A stretch of DNA of 64,000 bases. Source: a virus. Both the position numbers and the translations under genes were made by a program. Below the pieces are notes generated by a model. The model did no database searches, had not been told where the DNA came from, and worked only from the letters and a program-made list of their open reading frames with translations. Location: the IMG/VR virus record IMGVR_UViG_3300025450_000013. The stretch is one strand, 5' to 3'. Position 1 is the stretch's first letter. Each line of letters begins with the position of its first letter. Of this stretch, positions 9,441-18,500 are shown piece by piece.

Positions 9441-9739
9441 AGTATATAATGGATATCGACGGAACAATCTGTACCAATACTAATGGTGATTATGAGAAGG
9501 CAACTCCTTATCTAGACCGCATAGATTATATCAATCACCTATATGATAAAGGGCATGAGATACATTACTGGACGGCCAGAGGTGGTAACTCAAGGAGAGA
9601 TTTATCAGAACTAACCAAAAAACAATTAAAAGAATGGGGATGCAAATACACCTCACTAAGATGTGATAAACCAGCATATGATTACTGGATAGATGACAAG
9701 GCATTTAATGATAGAGATTTCTTTGGAGTTAATTTATGA
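9437..9739 (+). CDS. Small HAD-family phosphatase (candidate GmhB substitute)
   Basis: DIDGT motif I, WTARG motif II, KP..DYWIDDKA motifs III/IV. Confidence 0.8.
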   Translation: MKYIMDIDGTICTNTNGDYEKATPYLDRIDYINHLYDKGHEIHYWTARGGNSRRDLSELTKKQLKEWGCKYTSLRCDKPAYDYWIDDKAFNDRDFFGVNL

Positions 9740-10527
9740 TATTGATAACTGGTCATAAAGGATTTATCGGTCAAAACCTTGTTAATAGATTAAATGATAA
9801 ACTCTTTTGCCTTTCTGATATTGACAGTTGCTTCAAAGACCTTTATTTAACACCTTGGGAAGATATAGAAGAAATATGGCATATGGGTGCCATCTCTGAT
9901 ACTACTTGTACCGATTTAAATAAAATCCATACTTATAACATAGAATATACCATAAATCTATTTGAACTTGCTATTCAATATAAGATACCAGTAAAGTATG
10001 CCTCGTCCGCGTCCGTGTATGGAAACACTAACTATCGTAGAGAGATTAATCCACTAAACTTCTATGCTATGTCTAAGGCTACTATTGATCGTTGGGTAAT
10101 GGATAATTTATACAAGTTTGAATCTATACAAGGTTATCGTTTCTATAATGTATATGGTAAGCATGAAGACCATAAAGGTGGCCAGGCCAGTCCGATACAT
10201 ACATTCATCAAGCAGGCAAAAGAAACAGGAACGATTAAACTATTTGAAAACTCGGTTGCCTATATGAGAGACTTTATTTGGGTTGAAGATGTTATAAATT
10301 GTATGCTGTATGATAAACCAAGTGGTATATATGATCTAGGAACTGGAGTAGCAAGGTCGTTTGAAAGAGTGGCTGAAATCATAGCAGACAGATATAATGC
10401 CAAGTTAGAGTATGTTCCATTTCCAAAACACCTTGAAGACAAGTATCAATACTTCACTTGTTCATTAAATCACTTTGATCATACATTCACATCAATAGAG
10501 GAATATGTTAATGAAAGAGGAGTATAA
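9736..10527 (+). CDS. hldD: ADP-L-glycero-D-manno-heptose 6-epimerase
   Basis: TGHKGFIG, HMGAISDTT, YASSASVYG, PLNFYAMSK, RFYNVYG..E.HKG..AS, RDFIWVED, KYQYFT. Confidence 0.9.
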   Translation: MILITGHKGFIGQNLVNRLNDKLFCLSDIDSCFKDLYLTPWEDIEEIWHMGAISDTTCTDLNKIHTYNIEYTINLFELAIQYKIPVKYASSASVYGNTNYRREINPLNFYAMSKATIDRWVMDNLYKFESIQGYRFYNVYGKHEDHKGGQASPIHTFIKQAKETGTIKLFENSVAYMRDFIWVEDVINCMLYDKPSGIYDLGTGVARSFERVAEIIADRYNAKLEYVPFPKHLEDKYQYFTCSLNHFDHTFTSIEEYVNERGV

Positions 10528-11122
10528 AGAGATTGCACCTGGCTGGTTATGGCAGTCTAATGTCACTAGTGATCTTATGAAATATGATGAGAACTATGTA
10601 AAACCATACACTAAGTATGATGATACTCTCTCATATATTAGACTCAACTTTTGTCAAAAGTATGCCAAGTTTTATTCGGTTCTTGATGTTGGATATGGCG
10701 ACGGTAACTTTCTCAAAGTATGTAATCGTGAAGGATACAAATGTTTTGGTAATGATATATCAGGATATTCTTTATCAGACGGAATAACTTTTACTGAAAA
10801 TAGAAATATACCTGTTGACCTTGTTACGTTCTTTGATTGTATTGAACACTTTCCACAAGAAAATGTTGAAGAGGTATTAAAAGAACTAAATTGTAAGTAT
10901 ATCTGCATTTCGATTCCTTGGTGTCATTTTGATAATTTTGAAATATGGAAACACCGCAAGCCTAATGAACATTTCCATCATTTTGGTGTTAGAGGTGTTA
11001 CTGAGTTATTGAATAGAGGTGGGTTTGATTTGATTGTTTCTGCTTCAATTGAAGATCAAGTTAGGTCAAACAAAGGCGGAATACCAAATATTTTAACTGT
11101 TATTGGAAAGAAAAGATGTTAA
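10511..11122 (+). CDS. Class I SAM-dependent methyltransferase
   Basis: VLDVGYGDG, VTFFDCIEHF, KPNEHFHHF. Confidence 0.8.
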   Translation: MKEEYKEIAPGWLWQSNVTSDLMKYDENYVKPYTKYDDTLSYIRLNFCQKYAKFYSVLDVGYGDGNFLKVCNREGYKCFGNDISGYSLSDGITFTENRNIPVDLVTFFDCIEHFPQENVEEVLKELNCKYICISIPWCHFDNFEIWKHRKPNEHFHHFGVRGVTELLNRGGFDLIVSASIEDQVRSNKGGIPNILTVIGKKRC

Positions 11123-11796
11123 ATTTATATTATTCGCATAGGACAGATGTTGAAAAAGCATACATTATTACAATAAAGGGTAATAATATGTCCGAAAAAT
11201 ATTCAAAAAGATGTCAAGAATCGTGTAAAAATGTTGGTATGCAATATCAAGTATGGGACGCATTTGATGGAACTGGTGATGAAATAATAATACCAGAACA
11301 CTCTAAGAATAATCCCATTTTTAAAATGGTGAAAATACAAGATCATCATATGACAAAAAGTGAACTTAGTTGTTTTCTTAGTCATTTAAGTTTATGGGCT
11401 AGATGTGTCGAGATAGACCAACCAATAGTTATACTTGAACATGATGCTATAATGGTAAAAAAGTTTGAAAATAAAACTAGTTATAATTCTATTGTATATC
11501 TTGGTTGTGAAATATGGGCAAAAAAAGGATCTAATATAGAAGATATTCCAATATATGGATCTGGTGGAATGAATAATCTTTATATATATAAAGGACATGC
11601 ATATTGTATAGATCCACAAGTTGCTAAGAATATGTTATCAGATGTTTTTAAGCGTGGTATATGGACAATTGCAGATAGATTTATGAAAGCAGATTTATAT
11701 AACATAACTCATCAAGGATTATATGCTTTTGAAAATAAATTTAACGATGAAGATTCTACTATAGTTCCAAGAGAGAAAGATGAATATACATGTTAG
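11116..11796 (+). CDS. Glycosyltransferase family 25-like
   Basis: ELSCFLSHLSLW..C......VILEHDA, GHAYCIDP.VAK. Confidence 0.8.
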   Translation: MLNLYYSHRTDVEKAYIITIKGNNMSEKYSKRCQESCKNVGMQYQVWDAFDGTGDEIIIPEHSKNNPIFKMVKIQDHHMTKSELSCFLSHLSLWARCVEIDQPIVILEHDAIMVKKFENKTSYNSIVYLGCEIWAKKGSNIEDIPIYGSGGMNNLYIYKGHAYCIDPQVAKNMLSDVFKRGIWTIADRFMKADLYNITHQGLYAFENKFNDEDSTIVPREKDEYTC

Positions 11797-12626
11797 ATGA
11801 AAATATGCAAAATTATTTAAGTCATATGTTTGACATGGTTAGTGATTTAAGAGACTTAAAGTTATATGAAAGAACCAATACATCTAAGAATCCTTTAAAT
11901 CATTATGGTCGTAGGGCTTTCAGTCAGTCAGACGAAGATGGTATTACACAAGAGATTATGAAACGTATAGGAGTTGATAATGGAGTTTTTGCTGAATTTG
12001 GAGTAGGATCAGGTTTAGAATGTAATACATTATTGTTAGCTGGATTAGGTTGGTCAGGGTTTTGGGTTGACGCTGGAAACATATTACCTAAAATTGAACA
12101 ATCTGCAAATCCAAAATTTTCATTTTTTAAACGTCATATAACATTAAATAACGTATTAGAAACATACTTACAGTGTTTGAAATATATTAATAAAGAAGAA
12201 ACAGATTTTATTTCTTTTGATTTTGAAGGTAATGATTATTATTTAATTGAGAGATTATTGCAATCTGGAGTATCTCCTAAAGTATTCGTAGTTGAATATA
12301 ACGCTAAATTTATACCACCCATTGAATGGAAAGTTAAATATCATGAAAATCTAATATGGGAATATGATGATTATTTTGGTGCTTCTCTTATGTCATATGT
12401 TAAATTGTTTGAAAAACATAATTATTTTCTTGCATGTTGTAATAGTTTTACAGGAGCAAATGCTTTCTTTATTAAAAACAAATATAAAGAATTTTTTAGT
12501 GATATTCCAAAATCAATCAATGATATTTGGGTTGAGCCTAGATATTATATTACTAAAAAGTATGGTCATAAGAGTTCTGTTAGGACTGTAGAATTGTTGC
12601 TTAATAATTTAAACTCTTGTCAATAA
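11790..12626 (+). CDS. FkbM-like methyltransferase
   Basis: FSQSDEDGI, FAEFGVG.G.ECNT, GW.G.WVD, SFDFEGNDY, VVEYNA, GANAFF. Confidence 0.7.
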   Translation: MLDENMQNYLSHMFDMVSDLRDLKLYERTNTSKNPLNHYGRRAFSQSDEDGITQEIMKRIGVDNGVFAEFGVGSGLECNTLLLAGLGWSGFWVDAGNILPKIEQSANPKFSFFKRHITLNNVLETYLQCLKYINKEETDFISFDFEGNDYYLIERLLQSGVSPKVFVVEYNAKFIPPIEWKVKYHENLIWEYDDYFGASLMSYVKLFEKHNYFLACCNSFTGANAFFIKNKYKEFFSDIPKSINDIWVEPRYYITKKYGHKSSVRTVELLLNNLNSCQ

Positions 12627-13827
12627 CAGATATCCAATCACCCATCTTCTGTTGACGCCAAACAGTAACATCAGGAAACCAATCTGATTTACCTCCGTTT
12701 TCGGCAGCACACCAAGTAAAATAACCAACCACAATATCATAAAGATATGTTTTAATACCTAATGCGCCAGCAGCGACCGAAACGCTTGAACTACTGGTAT
12801 AACACATTTTACACAAGCTAAGAATAGCAAGCGTATCATCCCAATCTTTTATATCTTTTGTTAAATCAATTACGCCTTCTGGACATGTTTCTGCTCCCAT
12901 ACAAACAGAAATTAGTGTTCCTTGGTGCTTAATCTTATCAATAAGGTATTCAATTGGTATTGTTCTCAGATCATTTTCTGAGTGTTCTTTATCACCCGTC
13001 CAATTTAAAGCAATTAAATTGTCATACATTTTAAGTTTTTGTTTCCACTTTGCTAGATAAACTGGATTAGGTTCTAAATATTTTTCATTACCAGGTTTTT
13101 CTACTTTCAAATTAAATGGTAAACTCATAGAAGGTACCCAATAATCATATTTGATTGTTGGATCTACTGGAAAAACTTTAAAGTTTCTTGATATAACATT
13201 CTTTAAACTATTATCAGTGTAGTAATATACAAAAGCACCCATGTCTTTTAACATAGGAATCCATCTACTGAATATCATTTCGTCGCCAAGCCCAGCTTCT
13301 CCTATGACGCATATTTTAGATCCTTTAATATTTTGATAACCAAACCATCTATCTACATTTGGAGGAGGAAGTTTTTCATTAGTCCAAAACGCACCATTTC
13401 TTCCAATCTCCGTTTCAATAAACGCTTCTTTAAATTTACCCTTTCTGTGTAAAAACCATCCTATATCTAAGTGTTTATCCTCACATTCTATTTGATTGTT
13501 TTTGATATACTCGTAACCTTCGTCATATCTACCAAGTCTAGTTAGATATTGAGCGTATTGCCTTATATCCGTTTTATCTTTAGATTTAGTTATATCCATG
13601 TATTCTTGAAATAGTTCTAAAGATTTGTCAATTTCACAAAGATTGTAATGACAAATTGCTGAATTTTTAAGAACATCAGGATGTCTATATTCTAATAAAT
13701 CTAATGTTAGTAGATTCTGATTAATAGACTCCCGAAACATTTTTTTATTATAATATTCTATTGATAATGATTCGGAAGCCTCAACAGATTTATTTATTTG
13801 AAAAGTATTCATCAATCGCTCTATCAA
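12601..13827 (-). CDS. TPR + GT-B (GT9/heptosyltransferase-like) glycosyltransferase
   Basis: N-terminal TPR-like helices; EAGLGDEMIFSRW, DYWVPSMSLP, IALNWTG, WDDTLAIL, TSSSSVSVAAGALG, WFPDVTVWRQ. Confidence 0.75.
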   Translation of the reverse strand: MIERLMNTFQINKSVEASESLSIEYYNKKMFRESINQNLLTLDLLEYRHPDVLKNSAICHYNLCEIDKSLELFQEYMDITKSKDKTDIRQYAQYLTRLGRYDEGYEYIKNNQIECEDKHLDIGWFLHRKGKFKEAFIETEIGRNGAFWTNEKLPPPNVDRWFGYQNIKGSKICVIGEAGLGDEMIFSRWIPMLKDMGAFVYYYTDNSLKNVISRNFKVFPVDPTIKYDYWVPSMSLPFNLKVEKPGNEKYLEPNPVYLAKWKQKLKMYDNLIALNWTGDKEHSENDLRTIPIEYLIDKIKHQGTLISVCMGAETCPEGVIDLTKDIKDWDDTLAILSLCKMCYTSSSSVSVAAGALGIKTYLYDIVVGYFTWCAAENGGKSDWFPDVTVWRQQKMGDWISVIDKSLNY

Positions 13828-15508
13828 TATCTACTTGACTATATCTCGGCGGTTTGTGAACCTGAACCAATATTTTAGTCAAAGCAGCAACATTATTATA
13901 ATTATTAAGAGAGAAAGAAACATCCTCTTGTGTAGCTTTGTTTTTTTCAAACATTTCTAACCAATTCGTATTGTAGATATATTCAACTAAACAAACCTCT
14001 ATATCTATATTATTTTGAAGACATAGAATTGCTTCTGAAGGAGCTTTAGAGAATTTATCCATACAAAATTTCATATCAAACATTTTAAATGTGTCTGGAT
14101 GAATTAATCTTTTATGTGTCGGATCAATCAAAGCCAAATCACTACGATGATGTGGAACTTGAATTTCCCAAATTGCACCATGTTTACTGATTCTATACAT
14201 TTCCTTAATGACATTAACTGTATCATCAAGATGTTCAATTATATCTTTAGCGACAATGTGATCGTATTCACCATCAGGAATGTCCCAATTTTTAGAATTG
14301 AGATCCACAATTCTATCTGGTCTTACTATTGGAGAATAATCAACATTATCATAACCTTTCACTTTATCAAAACCACAACCAAGGTTTATCTTTTTACATT
14401 CTTTATCACAGCTTGGTAGGTCGATGTGTTTTAAATTAAACTCATTTTCAAGATCTTGATACATTTCCTGAAACACATCATTCCATTTTGTTGGATTAGT
14501 TTGCCTATAAACCCTAACAGATTTATAAAATGGTGAAGTTTTTGATTCTGGAGCACCAAGAGTCCATGTGTGATAAGGGAGCGTTGGTGTGAATACCCAA
14601 GTCTCTTTACCAAGAGCAGCTGCCGCATGAGCGATACTTGTGCAAGAGGTTATAATAAGATCCAATTGTGATAATGCAGAAAGAGTGTCTTCCCATGAAA
14701 TTAATAGATATTGAAGATCAGTTATATTTTCAGGAAGAATTTGTAGATTATGATCTCTCTGTAGGCTATAGATATCCAAATCTTCATGTTTAGCAAGGTT
14801 TATCATAAACTCTGGAGGAAATCTACGAAACTGTTGATGTTCAAATTTTGGATTACCAGACCATCTAATTCCAACTTTTTTCTTTCCATTATTTTTAATA
14901 ATGGAAGACCAAACTTCATAAGAAGAAGGTATCGGAGATAGATATGGTTCATTTGGTAAATTATCATATGTATGACCTAAAACCCAACCAGCACTGAAAC
15001 CCGGAATCCAGTAATCATGTTGGACCGTATGTGATTGGTCTCTCTGAATAACACCATCTACGCCAGGAACTCTTGTGAAAATTGAAGCAATTTCAGGAGC
15101 AGCTGCTAAATAAACCTTATTGGCTCCTAATTTTTTTGCAGTTTGTGCAAAACGAGAATGAATAATTTCATCGCCATAACCACCTTCAAGAGAGATGATA
15201 ATAGATTTTCCTTTAATATCATGTTCTTCTGGATTGTATATTGGTGCAGAAGTTTGTAGATGACCACTACCGTAGACGTTAATGAATCTACCAGATTCTA
15301 AAAGTTGAGAACCTTCACGATAATTTCCTTGCTGTAAAAGAAACCAACCTCTGTTGAAATTATGTCTAAGCCACATCTCAGGATTTTTATTTCCTTGCGG
15401 GTCAAGAATATTATCTTTACCCAAAGCCTGTAATTTTTCAGATATTTTCCAACCTTCTTCAAACTCACCCTTTAACATATGCTCAAGTTGCAAATCAATA
15501 TCATGCAT
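13790..15508 (-). CDS. GT9-like glycosyltransferase fused to C-terminal SAM methyltransferase
   Basis: EGGYGDEIIHSRF, VGIRWSGNP, ITSCTSIAHAAAALGK, SPFYKSVRVYRQ; then INLGCG..KGYDNVD, IIEHL, DPTH. Confidence 0.78.
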   Translation of the reverse strand: MHDIDLQLEHMLKGEFEEGWKISEKLQALGKDNILDPQGNKNPEMWLRHNFNRGWFLLQQGNYREGSQLLESGRFINVYGSGHLQTSAPIYNPEEHDIKGKSIIISLEGGYGDEIIHSRFAQTAKKLGANKVYLAAAPEIASIFTRVPGVDGVIQRDQSHTVQHDYWIPGFSAGWVLGHTYDNLPNEPYLSPIPSSYEVWSSIIKNNGKKKVGIRWSGNPKFEHQQFRRFPPEFMINLAKHEDLDIYSLQRDHNLQILPENITDLQYLLISWEDTLSALSQLDLIITSCTSIAHAAAALGKETWVFTPTLPYHTWTLGAPESKTSPFYKSVRVYRQTNPTKWNDVFQEMYQDLENEFNLKHIDLPSCDKECKKINLGCGFDKVKGYDNVDYSPIVRPDRIVDLNSKNWDIPDGEYDHIVAKDIIEHLDDTVNVIKEMYRISKHGAIWEIQVPHHRSDLALIDPTHKRLIHPDTFKMFDMKFCMDKFSKAPSEAILCLQNNIDIEVCLVEYIYNTNWLEMFEKNKATQEDVSFSLNNYNNVAALTKILVQVHKPPRYSQVDIDRAIDEYFSNK

Positions 15509-15546
15509 AAATATTTACTCCTTCATAATTATCATTTAATGTAATA

Positions 15547-15554
15547 TATTTATA
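15547..15554 (-). promoter_or_regulatory. T4-type late promoter TATAAATA for the glycosyltransferase pair
   Basis: Exact TATAAATA upstream of RBS GAAGGAG and ATG 15508. Confidence 0.7.
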
Positions 15555-15562
15555 AAATATAT

Positions 15563-18500
15563 TTATCTTGTCAATCCAACTGCTGTAAAACTGAAACTAG
15601 CGGATACAGCCGCCCAACTACTGCTTCCCAATTGCGTAGGAGAAAAGACGTTTCCTGAAATAGTTCCATTACCTAATTCTCCATAACCAGAACTATTATA
15701 ACCCCATACAAATAAAGCACTGTCGGATCTTATACCATAGCTAGAATATTGACTAGCATAAACAGCTGTCCAACTACTATTTCCTATTTTTGTAGGTGAT
15801 GTTATGGTACTTCCTCTTGCTGGATTTCCAGTGTAAGCTGCTCCACCAGTATATAGTGCGCCATTGTTACCAATTGCGGCAGCAGTTGAACCACCGTTGC
15901 AGTTTGGTATAAAGCTAAACCCTGTACCAATTTGTGTTGGAGAACTGAGAATAAAAGTTGATGTATCGGTTCCTCCCAAATAATTAGATCCACTAGATGC
16001 ATTAAGACCAGTACCAAATAAAACACCATCTATTCTTAACATCCAACTAGAATAATCTCCACTACTGCCGTTTTGGATACAAACAGCAGTCCACGAACTT
16101 GTTCCAATTTGAACAGGTGATGAATAGGAGGTGAGATTACCAGTACCTAAATATCCATATCCCCAGTAAGCTTGATATCCCCATCCCCATAATGTACCAT
16201 CTAATTTAATTCCTAAAGAACCGAAGCCACCACAAGAAACAGCTTTCCATGAACTTGTTCCAATTTGAACAGGTGATGAATATGTAGTAGCATTGTTGGT
16301 TCCTAGAGTGTTATAAAAATTATAACCCCATCCCCATAATGTCCCGTCTGCTCTAATTGCAAGCGCACAACTACTTCCAACAGACACTAATGTCCAAGAA
16401 CTAGTTCCAACCTGAACAGGTGATGAATAAAATGCAGTTGCAGTATTAACACCCAATGCTCCAGATGCATTGTAACCCCATGAAAATAGGCTTCCTCCGC
16501 TTCTAATTCCTGCGGATTGATTAACACCTGTGGATATTGAAGTCCAACTACTAGTACCTACTTGGACAGGAGAAGATACATATGTATATTGTGCTATATT
16601 CTGACCAAGTTCTCCACCTGCATTGTAACCCCAAGACCATAAAGTATTATCCGCTCTTATTGCTAAAACATGACAATAACCAACGGATACTGATTTCCAA
16701 CTACTAGTACCTACTTGAACAGGAGAATAATATGATAAATTGTTATTCTGTCCTAATTGCCCGTATGCTCCGTTACCCCATCCAAACAAAGCACCATCGT
16801 TTCTGATAGCAAAATTTGCATATAGTCCTAAACTAATTGCTGACCAACTGTTAGTTCCAAGTTGAGCCAAAGATCCAGTAACATCAGTTGCTAGAGCACC
16901 ATAAGTACTTGTACCCCATGCCCATAAAGAACCATCAGTAGTTACGCCAAGCACATGCGCATGGCCTAATGACACAGCATTCCATGAACTTGTTCCAATC
17001 TGGACTGGAGATGAAGTTGCTGTAGTGTTTCCATTACCAAGTTGATAAAAAACATTATATCCCCATGCCCATAATGTCCCATCTGCTCTAATTGCTACTG
17101 TTGTTCCGCTAACATTATTACCATTTAATCCTAAAACTTTCCAACTATTTGTTCCTACTTGAACTGGAGTTTGAACTACTAAAGTACTGTTTAATCCTAG
17201 CGAACCGTTTGTGTTGGATCCCCACATAAAAAGACCACCATCTGATCTAATTGCACCAACATGAGAAGCACCAGCCGCAACAGAAGTCCAACTACTTTTT
17301 GATATTTGGTATGGAGCGTCCGAAAATGCCTGTCCTGATATAAGAGTAGTATAACCCCAAGACCATAAAGTATTATCCGAACTTATTGCTAAAGCTGTGC
17401 TATGTCCTATAGAAACAGCTTTCCATGAACTTGTTCCAATCTGGACTGGAGAGTTTATTGTAGTAGGTATAATTCTTCCAACTGTAATCGTATTACCACC
17501 ATAACCACCCCAAGTATAAAGAGCTCCTAAAGAATCAATAACTCCACCACCACAAAAATTATCAGTATTACCTGAACCACCTCCAGTTGGAAGCACAGAC
17601 CAGCTGGAGGTTCCTATTTGTACTGGAGAAGATATAGAAAAAATACCAGCACCACCGCCTACCGCTGAGTTGATAGCGCAAGTTTGAAACAACAATCCAT
17701 CAGTTCTTAGAAGTAAACTAGAATAACCACCAAGAACTGATACAGCTTTCCACGAACTTGTTCCGATTTGAACAGGTGATGAATATGTAGTAGCATTATT
17801 AGTACCTAACTGACCGTATGTATTGGTTCCCCACGCAAACAAAGCACCATCAGATCTGATGGCCATCACTGTTGATAAAGAAACACTCACAGATGTCCAA
17901 CTACTTGTTCCGATTTGAACAGGTGATGATTGAGTCGTTATGCTATTAGTACCTAAAGTTCCAGTACCGCCGTATCCCCAAGTAAATAAAGCACCATCAG
18001 ATCTGATAGCTGAAGAAACCCAAAAACTGGCTGAAATAGCTTTCCATGAACTTGTTCCAATTTGCGAAAATGATCCCCTATTAACCAAATCATTGGTACC
18101 TAACTGACCGTATGTTGCTTGTGCTCCAGTGGCAAACAAACCACCATCAGATCTGATAGCCATTGTATATGAATAACCACAAGAGACAGCTGTCCAACTA
18201 CTGAAACCAATTTGAGATAATGTTTGAATTGTAGTTCCTGCTGGAGATCCCAATTGAGCGCCAACTCCCCATGTAAATAAAGATCCAGTAGAATTTATTG
18301 CTCCTGCAATAGCACTATTTCTAAAATCTCCTATAACATATACACCTGCTGGCTGACTGAAATTTCCTGTTGAAATTTGTACAGGAGAGGATTGATTAGT
18401 ACTAGTTCCAGTACCAACTGTATAAGAAATGTTGGCACCCCAACCCCATAAACTAAAATCACCAGCCCTCACCGCAAAAAGTGCGTTATCATAATTACTT

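Noticed and set aside
7934-15508. Host-derived LPS island or prophage boundary
   Set aside because: Flanked on both sides by T4-like virion genes, partly under a T4 late promoter; no integrase, IS or att-like repeats seen
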